Source of the DNA: a virus
Lineage: Duplodnaviria > Caudoviricetes
Strand: one strand, 5' to 3'
DNA: 64,000 nt
Virus record (IMG/VR): IMGVR_UViG_3300037067_019009
Span: 128,001 to 192,000 of that record
Both the position numbers and the translations under genes were made by a program. The notes under the pieces are model-generated. The model had not been told where the DNA came from, did no database searches, and saw nothing but the letters and a program-made list of their open reading frames with translations. Positions within the stretch are counted from its first letter, which is position 1. The number at the start of each line of letters is the position of its first letter. Below, piece after piece: positions 8,281 to 18,026 of this stretch.

Positions 8281-8892
8281 TTGGATATTTCCATAGATGT
8301 TGAACTGCTGGCAGTTCCTCCGGCTGAACTTACTAGTAACACTGAACGAAAAGACTGGGAAGGGTTCATATCGAGCTGGACGCTGGTGGACGCTAAGGAG
8401 GGAGCATGCTCCTGGGTAAAGGGCGACCTGGTGTCGGAGTTGCTGGTAACATTCGGCAACGAAAAGGGCCCCGATGGAGACACACCCCTCGAGAAGTTCG
8501 CCGTGGATATAGGCGTCAGGTCAAGAACCCTGAAACAGTATGCATGGGTGTCGCAAACATTCCCATCCAGAGGAGATAGGATGTTTGAAAATCTGAGCTG
8601 GAGCCACTTCAGAGCATGTGTGGCTGCTGAAAACCCGATGAGCTGGATAGAAAAAGCCAGCCAAGATGGCTGGTCGGTGGCAAGACTGACTGAGGAAATA
8701 AAGAATGCTACAGATAACCAAGCAGTCACGGATGGAATTCCGTGTACCTATTGCCAGGGGATGTTGCCGGAGTCCGGGTCCCTTCACCTAAGAAGGGATA
8801 ACCATACTGTAGGTAGTTACTGCAGCTGGAAATGTTTGCTTGCCTTCGGTCTCATACAGTGTAAGGAGGAGGATGCCGCGGAGTCATGCTAA
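8281..8892 (+). CDS. LmbU-like DNA-binding protein with C-terminal zinc finger
   Basis: SWVKGD, TLKQYAWVSQTF, LSWSHF, WIEKA..DGWSVARL motifs; CTYC...YCSWKC at the C-terminus. Confidence 0.6.
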   Translation: MDISIDVELLAVPPAELTSNTERKDWEGFISSWTLVDAKEGACSWVKGDLVSELLVTFGNEKGPDGDTPLEKFAVDIGVRSRTLKQYAWVSQTFPSRGDRMFENLSWSHFRACVAAENPMSWIEKASQDGWSVARLTEEIKNATDNQAVTDGIPCTYCQGMLPESGSLHLRRDNHTVGSYCSWKCLLAFGLIQCKEEDAAESC

Positions 8893-9416
8893 GAAACTTT
8901 GATGACGGTGAGAATAATGAATTTTTAAACGATCTAGGCGGCTTGGGAAACGATGAGTTGCTGGAGATTCCTATGGCGGGTCTCCCTGCCGATAGTACCG
9001 GAGATGAGTCCGGTGGTGATACGGTGAGCTTGTATACTGATGGGCTGGAAGATATGCCGAGATTTTCCCTCGGTCAGGTGGATGACTTTAACGATGAGTT
9101 TACTGATGAGGACTCGGATACTATGGAGAGGTTGAGTTTGTGGCTTGAGTGCCCGGCCTGTAATGATCCAAACACCATATGTCAGAAGGAGTTCGAGCAT
9201 TATTATAAAGTAGGTATGGCGAGAATATTTTATTTGTGCCATACGATTGCGACTATGATATCAGGGTCCAGAGCCGCGCTGAATCACATGGGAGCAGACA
9301 CAAGAGGAGATCTGGACCTCAGTATACTCTCCTCAATAGGAGAACTCAACCACATAAAGACTCTCATGCCGAAGTTGCTGGCCGCACAGGAGGAGCTTGA
9401 TTCCGATGCGCAGTAG
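8886..9416 (+). CDS. Acidic hypothetical protein
   Basis: D/E-rich N-terminal half, CPAC motif, AGGAGG SD. Confidence 0.65.
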   Translation: MLRNFDDGENNEFLNDLGGLGNDELLEIPMAGLPADSTGDESGGDTVSLYTDGLEDMPRFSLGQVDDFNDEFTDEDSDTMERLSLWLECPACNDPNTICQKEFEHYYKVGMARIFYLCHTIATMISGSRAALNHMGADTRGDLDLSILSSIGELNHIKTLMPKLLAAQEELDSDAQ

Positions 9417-9855
9417 ATATGTTTTGGGCTTTCTATTTAGCGATGATGGAGATGGCGTGCTTCTTCTTAGGAAGGCCAGGCCTGAGTGGCAGGAGGGCAA
9501 CTATAATGGCATAGGAGGCCATATAGAAGAAGTAGAAACCGATATCGAGGCGATGAGAAGAGAGTTCGCCGAAGAGACTGGGGTGTGGCCCGAAGGTATA
9601 GAGTGGGAGCCGACCATCATACTAGATGGTCCGGACTTCATAGTATATTGCTATCGCGCCTACAGCTCCGAGCTGATATCCATAGTGGATGGAAACACGA
9701 CTAACATGCATGATGAGCCTGTGGAGTTCTGGCCCATAGACCATCTACCTGAAAACAGGATACCCAATCTGGTGTGGTTGATTGAGATGTCTAATGATCA
9801 CGGTGGAATAGCTTTCCCGGTGATCGTCAGCTACAACGAGTATCAGGAAGGCTAG
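9397..9855 (+). CDS. Nudix hydrolase
   Basis: Canonical Nudix box GGHIEEVETDIEAMRREFAEETGV. Confidence 0.9.
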   Translation: MIPMRSRYVLGFLFSDDGDGVLLLRKARPEWQEGNYNGIGGHIEEVETDIEAMRREFAEETGVWPEGIEWEPTIILDGPDFIVYCYRAYSSELISIVDGNTTNMHDEPVEFWPIDHLPENRIPNLVWLIEMSNDHGGIAFPVIVSYNEYQEG

Positions 9856-9858
9856 TAA

Positions 9859-10842
9859 ATGCCAAAGAGCGCGTTGATAACTGGGATTACTGGCCAGGAC
9901 GGTTCTTACCTGGCGGAGTTGCTACTGGATAGAGGCTATGATGTGCATGGCCTTGTTCGTAGATCTTCAAGTTTCAATACTGCAAGGATAGACCACATTT
10001 ATAACTCTATAGAGAAACACTATGGAGATTTGACTGATGCTTGTGGGCTTAATAACTTAGTGTCAGATATTATGCCGAATGAGCTGTATAACTTCGGTGC
10101 GCAAAGCCATGTTAAGGTTAGTTTTGATGTTCCTGTTTATACTACGGAAAGCATAGCGATAGGAACTCTAAATCTTCTGGAAATAGTAAGAAGATATCCA
10201 AGCATAAAGCTTTATCAAGCATCTTCCTCAGAAATGTTTGGTTCTTCGCCTCCCCCTCAAAATGAGGGTACTCAGTTTTTACCACAAAGTTCCTATGCGT
10301 CCGCAAAAGTAAATGCTTATCATAATGCTAGGTTGTACAGAGAAGCATATGGATTATTTATTTGTAATGGAATACTGTTCAACCATGAAAGCGAGCGGAG
10401 AGGTGGAACTTTTGTTACTCGTAAGGTTACACGCGCCGCCACAAGAATCAAGTTGGGTTTGCAGGATAAGCTACTCTTAGGAAACTTGGAAGCTAAACGA
10501 GACTGGGGCCACGCAAAGGATTATGTAAAGGCCATGTATCTCATGATGCAGCATGACACACCCGATGACTTTGTTATAGCTACCGGAGAATCGCATTCGG
10601 TACAAGAGTTGGTGGAGTATGCCTTTGATTTATGCGAGTTGGACTGGAAAGAATACGTCGAGATTCACCATGATTTTGTAAGACCTGCAGATGTGAACTA
10701 CTTGTGCGGGGACTACTCCAAAGCTAAGAGGGTCTTAGGCTGGGAACCTACTGTAGACTTTTATACTCTTATAAAAAGTATGGTAGCTTGTGATATGGCC
10801 CTTGCTAGAAATGAAAAGCTTATAAGGGAGGCTGTTTCCTAG
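9859..10842 (+). CDS. gmd: GDP-mannose 4,6-dehydratase
   Basis: [64 protein letters not shown]. Confidence 0.97.
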   Translation: MPKSALITGITGQDGSYLAELLLDRGYDVHGLVRRSSSFNTARIDHIYNSIEKHYGDLTDACGLNNLVSDIMPNELYNFGAQSHVKVSFDVPVYTTESIAIGTLNLLEIVRRYPSIKLYQASSSEMFGSSPPPQNEGTQFLPQSSYASAKVNAYHNARLYREAYGLFICNGILFNHESERRGGTFVTRKVTRAATRIKLGLQDKLLLGNLEAKRDWGHAKDYVKAMYLMMQHDTPDDFVIATGESHSVQELVEYAFDLCELDWKEYVEIHHDFVRPADVNYLCGDYSKAKRVLGWEPTVDFYTLIKSMVACDMALARNEKLIREAVS

Positions 10843-11789
10843 TGAAGCAAAGAGTGTTATTGACTGGGGCAGGTGGGCTGCTTGGGTCAGCTATACAGCG
10901 AGTAGCTAGCAAGTTCGCTGACTTGGAAATAGTTCTGGTGACAAGAAAAGATGTAGACCTGCTTGATCTGGCGGCCGTTAGGGAGTTTTATGCTACGTGT
11001 CTTCCCATTGACACCGTAATACACTGCGCTGCCGTGTGTTCTGGTCTAGAGGCTAATATAGCATCACCCACATCCCTGCTATACGATAACATAGTTATTG
11101 ATAGAAATACCATAGTTACAGCAGACTCTTTTAATATTAGTAATCTTTTGTACATGAATAGTTCTAGCATATATCCTTTTGGTATTTATGATAAAGCTAT
11201 GAAGGAAAAAGACTTATTAACTGGGCCTCCTAGCCCGGAGAATTACGGATATGCTTACGCTAAGATCATAGGCGGGGAGGTTTGCAGGCAGATAACTAAT
11301 AGCAGTAGAGGCACACGCTATTATAAGAGTATAGTTATTGCAAGCCTATATGGTCCGTGCCATAAGTATGAGGGCACTGACGCTCACTTTGTAGTGGCGC
11401 CGATCACTAAAATACGTCAGGCTATGGAAAGCGGAAGTGGTTCTGTAGGCATTTGGGGGGATGGTAGTAATAGAAGAGAACTGGTTTATGTGGATGATTT
11501 TGCTGAGTATCTTCTTTATCTCTGCAGCAGTCACTTGGTAGAGATTATTCCTCAGTATTTGAATGTAGGAATCAACAAGGATTATTCTGTAACTGATTAC
11601 TATGAGGCGGTAGCCAAGGTGTTTGGGTACACAGGCAATTTTATATATGACACTACTAAGCCGTCAGGATGTAAGCATAGACTGTTGGATTCTACATTAG
11701 CGCTGGAGCGCTACCAGTGGTTTCCTAAGACTTCACTAAATGAAGGTATCAATAAAATATATTCTTATGGTCTTGGAAAAGGAAGGTAA
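10842..11789 (+). CDS. GDP-fucose synthase-like SDR, paralogue 1 (YxxxK intact, epimerase Cys replaced by Ser)
   Basis: GAGGLLG, SSSIYP, PENYGYAYAK, LYGP, IWGDGSNRRE.VYVDD. Confidence 0.85.
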   Translation: MKQRVLLTGAGGLLGSAIQRVASKFADLEIVLVTRKDVDLLDLAAVREFYATCLPIDTVIHCAAVCSGLEANIASPTSLLYDNIVIDRNTIVTADSFNISNLLYMNSSSIYPFGIYDKAMKEKDLLTGPPSPENYGYAYAKIIGGEVCRQITNSSRGTRYYKSIVIASLYGPCHKYEGTDAHFVVAPITKIRQAMESGSGSVGIWGDGSNRRELVYVDDFAEYLLYLCSSHLVEIIPQYLNVGINKDYSVTDYYEAVAKVFGYTGNFIYDTTKPSGCKHRLLDSTLALERYQWFPKTSLNEGINKIYSYGLGKGR

Positions 11790-12378
11790 TCGTTTGTCTA
11801 GAGTTTATGATGATTTGTTCGGACACTCCCCAACGTATGGTCAGTTGTATTACTCTCTGGTAAAAAAATTGCAGCCTAAGTTTGGATTGGAGCTTGGGGT
11901 GGATCGTGGGATGTCTGCTTATGCATATTTGTGTGGGTGCGATGGTATATTAGTCGGAGTAGACCTACTTTCATTGGATGAGCTTTATCCAGATCTTACT
12001 TACAACCCAAAATGGCTCGCTGCTGAGTTTGCTGATCAGTTTATATTCATGAATGGTTCCACTGAAAATGTAGTTCCAACCTTGCATGAGAAGTATGAGT
12101 TTGATTATGTGTATATAGATGCCCATTCGAATGACATTTCCACGTTTGGGGCGTGCGTTGCTCGTGATTTGGGTCTGTGCTATTCTCTAGTTTCTGATAA
12201 AGGACTAATAGTTATAGATGATTATAGCTGGAGTAGGGGGGTGGGGGATGTAATAAATGAATTTAAACACACCCACCCAGAGTGGGTAGAGTTTCATTTC
12301 CAAGATCTAGGTATGGGAAGTCACCAGACTAACGCGGCTCTATTAGCTAGGTATGATTTGCGCGAAGTAATGAAGTAG
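11740..12378 (+). CDS. Class I SAM methyltransferase (Methyltransf_24-like)
   Basis: LELGVDRGMS, FDYVYIDAH, GLIVIDDY. Start uncertain. Confidence 0.8.
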   Translation: MKVSIKYILMVLEKEGNRLSRVYDDLFGHSPTYGQLYYSLVKKLQPKFGLELGVDRGMSAYAYLCGCDGILVGVDLLSLDELYPDLTYNPKWLAAEFADQFIFMNGSTENVVPTLHEKYEFDYVYIDAHSNDISTFGACVARDLGLCYSLVSDKGLIVIDDYSWSRGVGDVINEFKHTHPEWVEFHFQDLGMGSHQTNAALLARYDLREVMK

Positions 12379-12387
12379 GGTTGTGTT

Positions 12388-13185
12388 ATGGAGATAGATG
12401 AACTAGTTGATGCAGCAGATAGGTTAAGGGGCACGATAGTCTGTATGGCTAGAGGTGCTGGCTCAGGACATGTGAGCAGCGCTCTATCTCAGTTGGATAT
12501 CTTAGTGACTCTTTATCTAGGAGGGATATTACGCATTGACTGGAAAGACCCTAAGCATGCCCATAGGGATAGATTTATATTAAGTAAGGGGCACGGTGCG
12601 ATAGGCTTGTATCCAATATTATGTGAAATGGGCCTGATATCATTTGAAGAGCTGCTCAGCTATGGTAAAGAGGGCAGTAAGCTGTGCCCTCATTGCTCGT
12701 CGGTTGTACCTGGCATAGAGGTTTCTACCGGGTCCCTTGGGCACGGATTACCTATAGCTACAGGAATGGCTGAAGCGGCGCATATAAACAATAGTAAGCA
12801 TTTAGTGTGTTGTTTGTTGGGGGACGGAGAGTTATTTGAGGGGTCTAATTGGGAAGCGGCTGCTTATGCTGGGAGCCGGGGACTGAGCAATCTTATGTGT
12901 ATAGTGGATAAGAATAATCAAGGATCTATGGGATTTACTGACACGTCAGATAGACTAGTTACTGACCTACCGAGTACACTTTCCCTAACAGAAAAATTCG
13001 TCTCCTTTGGTTTTGAGGCATATGAGGTTGATGGCCATTCTATAGAAGAGATGTTTGTGTTGTTTAAGTACCTGCGCGACGAGAGAACAGGTAATTGTCC
13101 CATAGTGGTGGCGGCTCACACCATAAAAGGAAAGGGATGCCAGATTATGGAAAACAAGAGGTTTTGGCATGGGAGAGTTCCTTAG
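12388..13185 (+). CDS. Transketolase-like protein, N-terminal ThDP-binding subunit
   Basis: SGHVSS, RDRFILSKGH, STGSLGHGL, LGDGE...N, HTIKGKG...WHG. Confidence 0.93.
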   Translation: MEIDELVDAADRLRGTIVCMARGAGSGHVSSALSQLDILVTLYLGGILRIDWKDPKHAHRDRFILSKGHGAIGLYPILCEMGLISFEELLSYGKEGSKLCPHCSSVVPGIEVSTGSLGHGLPIATGMAEAAHINNSKHLVCCLLGDGELFEGSNWEAAAYAGSRGLSNLMCIVDKNNQGSMGFTDTSDRLVTDLPSTLSLTEKFVSFGFEAYEVDGHSIEEMFVLFKYLRDERTGNCPIVVAAHTIKGKGCQIMENKRFWHGRVP

Positions 13186-14040
13186 ATGCGTGAGGCCTAC
13201 TTTTCTTGTTTGTATGATATCTTCTCAGAAGATGAAAATGTGGTATTTATAACTGCTGATACTGGGTGTACCGCACTTGATAAGATAGCCAATGCGTTTC
13301 CTGGCAGGTTTTTTAATGTGGGAATAGCAGAGCAGCAGATGATTGGCATGGCGGCGGGGCTGGCTTTGGAAGGCTTTACCGTCTATTGCTATGCCATTTC
13401 ACCATTTATAACGTCTAGATGCTATGAGTTTACAAAGCTTGATGTCTGTGTAAACAATCTACCAGTACATCTGGTAGGTCTGGGTTCAGCGCTAACGTAT
13501 ACTGCCATGGGGCCTACCCACCATTCTACTGAGGATATTGGCATCATGCGGGTGTTGCCGAACATGTCGGTGTACTCTCCCATAAATATCGAGACAGTTG
13601 CACCCCTAGCTAGATACGTACACTATAGGAATTGTCCTAGCTACACAAGACTCGAAAAGTCTGGATTACACCTGTATGATCGTACGTCGGAAGGTATGTT
13701 GGAGGACGGGTTTTGTTTAGTTAGTGCTGGTAGAAGTGATGTTTGTGTTATAACAACCGGCCTTTTAGCTAAGTCTGTGGTAGGTAAAGATTATGGGCAC
13801 ATAGATATGTTTAGGTTGTGGCCGGTAAGAGCTGAAAAACTGGTGGCTATATTATCTAACTATAGAGCAGTTATAACTTTAGAAGAAACTCTTCTGCCCG
13901 GTGGGCTAGGAAGTATCATCAGTGAGCTTTTCTGTGACTATGGTGTCAGCACACAACTGATTCGCAAGGGCCTTACTGATTTTATACACGGCTGGTGCAG
14001 CAGAGATAATATATGGTCGGAGAGGTGTTTAGGTGTCTAA
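13186..14040 (+). CDS. Transketolase-like protein, C-terminal subunit
   Basis: RFFNVGIAEQQMIGMAAGLA, GPTHHSTED, YTRL, TLEE..LPGGLGS. Confidence 0.92.
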   Translation: MREAYFSCLYDIFSEDENVVFITADTGCTALDKIANAFPGRFFNVGIAEQQMIGMAAGLALEGFTVYCYAISPFITSRCYEFTKLDVCVNNLPVHLVGLGSALTYTAMGPTHHSTEDIGIMRVLPNMSVYSPINIETVAPLARYVHYRNCPSYTRLEKSGLHLYDRTSEGMLEDGFCLVSAGRSDVCVITTGLLAKSVVGKDYGHIDMFRLWPVRAEKLVAILSNYRAVITLEETLLPGGLGSIISELFCDYGVSTQLIRKGLTDFIHGWCSRDNIWSERCLGV

Positions 14041-14959
14041 GGTATATGTTGCTGGTCATGCTGGAATGGTGGGATCGGCTGTTGTTAGAAACCTGGCGCG
14101 ATCCGATGAGTTAATAACAATATCCAGGGGACAGCTGGATCTATTAGACTACACCCGTACTTTTAGATTTCTCAAGTCCGAGAACCCCGATATAGTTATT
14201 GTAGCCGCCGCTAGGATTGGTGGTATACAAGAGAATATAGAGAAGCCGGTAGAGTTTCTGTATGACAACGTAGCTATAGGGACTAACCTTATCAAAGGTT
14301 GTTTGGAGAGCGGAGTAACAAAGCTTATTTATATTTGCAGCTCTTGTATGTACCCAAGAAATTATGGGACTACACTTAAGGAAGCAGACCTATTGGCTGC
14401 TCCCTTCGAGCCTACCAATGAAGCACATGCTCTAGCCAAAGTGGTTGGAGCTAGGCTCTGCGAGTACTGTAACAAAGAATATAATACAAGCTACAAAACG
14501 ATAATTTCCTGCAACCTGTATGGCCCAAATGACAACTACTCTCTAGAGCGAAGCCACCTCATGGCTGCAATAATACATAAACTTCATGAGGCTAAGGTCA
14601 ATAACTTACCCATAGTTACTATCTGGTCTGATGGTAGTGCACGCAGGGAGTTTCTTTACGTGGATGACTTAGCCAAGTTCATATGCAAAAATTTATGGTG
14701 TATGGAGAGCTGGCCCGACTATTTAAATATCGGAGCAGGTAAAGATATAAGTGTTGTAGATCTTTACAAGAAGGCAGCAGAGGTTATAGGCTATGCAGGC
14801 AGTTTCGACTTTGACTTAAAAAGGCCTATGGGAATGAGAAGTAAGATGCTGGATTGTAGTTTAGCCACGGAGCTTGGGTGGGAGGTAGCCACTGATTTAG
14901 ACACGGGAATAGCGTTAGCTTATCAAGAGTATCTTTTACAAAGGAGTAGGCAATGGTAA
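14033..14959 (+). CDS. fcl: GDP-L-fucose synthase-like protein, paralogue 2 (epimerase Cys and His present, catalytic Tyr replaced by His)
   Basis: VAGHAGMVGSA, AAARIGGI, SSCMYP, EPTNEAHALAK, NLYGPNDN, SHLM, RREFLYVDD. Confidence 0.85.
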   Translation: MSKVYVAGHAGMVGSAVVRNLARSDELITISRGQLDLLDYTRTFRFLKSENPDIVIVAAARIGGIQENIEKPVEFLYDNVAIGTNLIKGCLESGVTKLIYICSSCMYPRNYGTTLKEADLLAAPFEPTNEAHALAKVVGARLCEYCNKEYNTSYKTIISCNLYGPNDNYSLERSHLMAAIIHKLHEAKVNNLPIVTIWSDGSARREFLYVDDLAKFICKNLWCMESWPDYLNIGAGKDISVVDLYKKAAEVIGYAGSFDFDLKRPMGMRSKMLDCSLATELGWEVATDLDTGIALAYQEYLLQRSRQW

Positions 14960-15921
14960 GGGTAGGTTGCTGGTTTAGTTGGGAGCCGCACATGTTTACT
15001 TCCCCTCGTCCCATGGAAGGGCAGGGCAGGTATCCGGAGGTGGATTTCGATTCTGATGGGTATAGATTCACTTGCTGGAAAAGTTTAGGTGCACCGAGGG
15101 GTGTGGAGTTCATCGATTTTTCTGATGTAAATGATTACTCTACTCTTGATGCTGCGATATATGTGGAGTCTCCGGACTTTAACTCTCCTATTTATAAGGA
15201 AGTCAACTCTCCAAAATTTGTGTATATATCAGAGCCTCCGTGCATAGCTCCAAATAACTGGAGTAAGGCAACACATGACAAGTTTGACTATGTTTTTACT
15301 TCCAACACGGATCTAATAGACGGTAAGAAGTACTTCAGGCATACAGTGGCGCATAGATTTCCCGCTACTGTTCCCCAGGGACTAGAGGGCCGCGACCGTT
15401 TCTGCGTGCTAGTAGCGCACGGAGCGAAATCTTTTGGTGGCCCATCTATCAGCATATACCATGAAAGACATAATACAGCAAATTGGTTTTCTATGAATCA
15501 TCCAGAGGAACTAGATCTATACGGCATTGGTTGGCCGGGGTCTAATAGATGCTACAAAGGCGTGATGAATGAGCCTAAGACGGTGGCGTTTCAAAGATAT
15601 AAGTTCAGCATCTGTTACGAAAACACTAAAGATTTTCCCGGTTACGTCACGGAGAAGCTGCACCACTCACTAATAGCTGGGTGCATCCCTGTTTATTGGG
15701 GGGCTGCAGATGTAGCTAACACAGTACCTACCGAGTGTTTTATAGATAGAAGAAACTTTTCTAATCATGAGGAACTCTACAGTTTTTTGCACAGCATTAC
15801 GGATGAGGATTACATGCGCTATCAAAAAGCCATAGCGGCCTATATACTAGATCCAGGAAATATATACAAAGCTGAAAATAATGCCAGCTACATGATAGAT
15901 GTGCTGTTAGATAGAGTATAG
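14953..15921 (+). CDS. GT10-family (alpha-1,3/4-fucosyltransferase-like) glycosyltransferase
   Basis: GT10 signature YKFSICYEN...GYVTEKL..SL.AGCIPVYWG; EPP motif. Confidence 0.88.
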   Translation: MVRVGCWFSWEPHMFTSPRPMEGQGRYPEVDFDSDGYRFTCWKSLGAPRGVEFIDFSDVNDYSTLDAAIYVESPDFNSPIYKEVNSPKFVYISEPPCIAPNNWSKATHDKFDYVFTSNTDLIDGKKYFRHTVAHRFPATVPQGLEGRDRFCVLVAHGAKSFGGPSISIYHERHNTANWFSMNHPEELDLYGIGWPGSNRCYKGVMNEPKTVAFQRYKFSICYENTKDFPGYVTEKLHHSLIAGCIPVYWGAADVANTVPTECFIDRRNFSNHEELYSFLHSITDEDYMRYQKAIAAYILDPGNIYKAENNASYMIDVLLDRV

Positions 15922-15931
15922 GAAAATTAGA

Positions 15932-16495
15932 GTGAAGAATAGGAATACTTCTACAACACTACATTACTGTTTCAACTTGTACCCCAAGTACTATGAGGCT
16001 TTAGCCGCAGCTGTTAGGTATTTTAAGCCTTTACACGCATTAGAGATCGGGCTGTGGGTTGGGAGGTCAGCTTATGCGCTGCTAAACAACAGTCCCAATA
16101 GTACGTTGATTAGCATAGATCCTGTAAGTCACGAAGAAAGTACCGAGTTCTTGGAGAAAACTTTTCCGGGACGGTTCACTTATCGCCAGGGCTACTCTCC
16201 CGATGCTTTATACACCTTGAGAGGGAAAACTTTTGATTGGGTGTATATAGACGGAGAGCATACCGAGAAAGCTGTAACAGCCGATCTGCTAGGAGTAGTT
16301 CCACTGTTGGATAATGACGGGGTCATAGTGCTGGATGATTACAACATCACTGAAGTTAGGGAGGCGGTGGATATGTTTATGAAAGAGCATGCCGAGAAAA
16401 AATTATACTCTTTTAATGATTTAGGGTTTAGTGACTCGGGCTGTCCTTCACAAATTGTAGCTATCGTGGGTAAGGAGAGAGCTTTTGAATTATAA
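15932..16495 (+). CDS. Class I SAM methyltransferase (Methyltransf_24-like)
   Basis: LEIGLWVGRS, FDWVYIDGEH, GVIVLDDY. Confidence 0.85.
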   Translation: MKNRNTSTTLHYCFNLYPKYYEALAAAVRYFKPLHALEIGLWVGRSAYALLNNSPNSTLISIDPVSHEESTEFLEKTFPGRFTYRQGYSPDALYTLRGKTFDWVYIDGEHTEKAVTADLLGVVPLLDNDGVIVLDDYNITEVREAVDMFMKEHAEKKLYSFNDLGFSDSGCPSQIVAIVGKERAFEL

Positions 16496-17252
16496 CGAGC
16501 ATTCATTACTGGTTTCAGATATGGCGGATTACCTTAATATTTCTAGAGAGTACGTGCAAAAGTTGGTGAACGAGACTGCGTCTGCCTATGATAATAAAGA
16601 TCTCTGTGGAATAGCCACACAATGGAGGTGGATGTTTGGAGACCGTACTGGGTCTACAGATGAGTATCGTTACTTCTATGCTACGAATTTCTTATATCTA
16701 TTTGACCTGATTGGATTTGCTGGATGTTTTGATCCCAATTTGGGGCAAATACATAAGTACGCGAAGGGGAGGTGCTTAGACTATGGGAGTGGTATTGGCA
16801 CGGTAGCCCTTTGGTTAAGGGAACAACCAGGCATCTCAGACGTACATGCTATAGATGTGGCTGTCACACTTAACGACTTTCTGCGCTGGAGAGCGCGTAA
16901 GCACGGATTGGATATTGTGGTTTTAGACCCTATGGATAATTCAGAAAATAAACGTTTGCCACATAAGTCCCTGCGGGGGCAGTATGACTTTATATACGCT
17001 AGGGATGTATTTGAGCACGCCTGTGACCGGTTGGAGATACTACAAAGCCTAATGGAACATACTTCTCCTGGTGGGATTATTTGTGAGTCCAGTCCCATAT
17101 GGGATTTCGAAGCCATATGCAAACAGGATATTGCCATAAAGGATTATGACATTTGGGATCTGTTCAAAGATAAGGGATTTACTTTGGTGACTGAAAGCCG
17201 TACCCCATACATTTTCGCACCAGTATTTACTAAGTGCTGGAGGAAACCTTAG
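16485..17252 (+). CDS. Class I SAM methyltransferase
   Basis: LDYGSGIG, YDFIYARDVFEH, PGG. Confidence 0.85.
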   Translation: MNYNEHSLLVSDMADYLNISREYVQKLVNETASAYDNKDLCGIATQWRWMFGDRTGSTDEYRYFYATNFLYLFDLIGFAGCFDPNLGQIHKYAKGRCLDYGSGIGTVALWLREQPGISDVHAIDVAVTLNDFLRWRARKHGLDIVVLDPMDNSENKRLPHKSLRGQYDFIYARDVFEHACDRLEILQSLMEHTSPGGIICESSPIWDFEAICKQDIAIKDYDIWDLFKDKGFTLVTESRTPYIFAPVFTKCWRKP

Positions 17253-17998
17253 TGAGGATAGCTCTTTGTTTATCGGGTCAGCCTAGACTGCTGGAGGAGC
17301 AGTTCCCCTTTATAAAGTCCGCGATACTAGACTATGGCGGTGTAGATGTGTTTGCACACGCTTGGTACAATCCAGAAAACGCAGGTAACCACTACGAGCA
17401 TGCTCTGTGGCATAAGAGTTTTCCTGGTAGAACTGGAGGCATAGAGAAGTTTGGTGTAGATAAGGCCATACTGGATCTGTATAATCCGGTATCCTATGTC
17501 ATTGAGCCACAAGTAGATTTTACTAAGCAAGCAAAGACCTGCATGTCTCTGGTACACGCAAGAGGAGGCTGTTTATATAGTGATAGTTACAAGGTTTTTA
17601 CCTGCCCTTTAAGCATGTTTTACTCCATGTATAAGGTGTGCAATATCAAGAAAAGTTACGAGGAGGCAGGCGGGTTTGTTTATGACGTGGTGGTGCGTAG
17701 TAGATTTGATATGCACATACCTAAGCCCATCCCATTTAATAGTCTGGACTACTCAGTGATTTCTACGCCACTTACTATATGGACGCCCCGAGGAGGGGCT
17801 TGTGATCTATTGGGGGTTGGAACTTCACCTAACATGGATATTTATTGCGGAGTTTACCCCAATTTTGAAAGTTTGTGCGAAACTGCGGATATGTCTCTAC
17901 CGGAACCATGGGGCACTGAGTTCTTGCTGGCACAGCATCTAAACAAGCATAGTATTAGGATTTCCCCGTGTATTCCAGGAAGTAACGCTAACCCCTAA
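17252..17998 (+). CDS. Putative glycosyltransferase (IALCLSGQPR type)
   Basis: RIALCLSGQPR, DVFAHAW, SMFYS, YDVVVRSRFD motifs. GTG start after GGAGG SD. Confidence 0.65.
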   Translation: MRIALCLSGQPRLLEEQFPFIKSAILDYGGVDVFAHAWYNPENAGNHYEHALWHKSFPGRTGGIEKFGVDKAILDLYNPVSYVIEPQVDFTKQAKTCMSLVHARGGCLYSDSYKVFTCPLSMFYSMYKVCNIKKSYEEAGGFVYDVVVRSRFDMHIPKPIPFNSLDYSVISTPLTIWTPRGGACDLLGVGTSPNMDIYCGVYPNFESLCETADMSLPEPWGTEFLLAQHLNKHSIRISPCIPGSNANP

Positions 17999-17999
17999 T

Positions 18000-18009
18000 G
18001 GGGGGGGGG
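18000..18009 (+). repeat. G10 homopolymer inside a 9-codon bridging mini-ORF, bracketed by CCAGGAAGTAA direct repeats
   Basis: Repeats at 17975-17985 and 18017-18027. Confidence 0.7.
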
Positions 18010-18026
18010 AGGGAAACCAGGAAGTA

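Noticed and set aside
9397-9855. Nudix gene as gmm/wcaH (GDP-mannose hydrolase)
   Set aside because: It has a canonical Nudix box, unlike the altered box of Gmm; the substrate cannot be assigned from adjacency to gmd alone.
13183-13188. TAG immediately followed by an in-frame ATG between the transketolase halves, suggesting TAG recoding or read-through
   Set aside because: Standard code gives dense tiling and very long ORFs without internal TAG; many genes end properly at TAG; split transketolases are common in polysaccharide loci.
12388-14040. Transketolase as a pentose-phosphate auxiliary metabolic gene
   Set aside because: Short split form embedded between NDP-sugar enzymes with no tal, zwf or gnd nearby; sugar tailoring fits better, though this is unproven.
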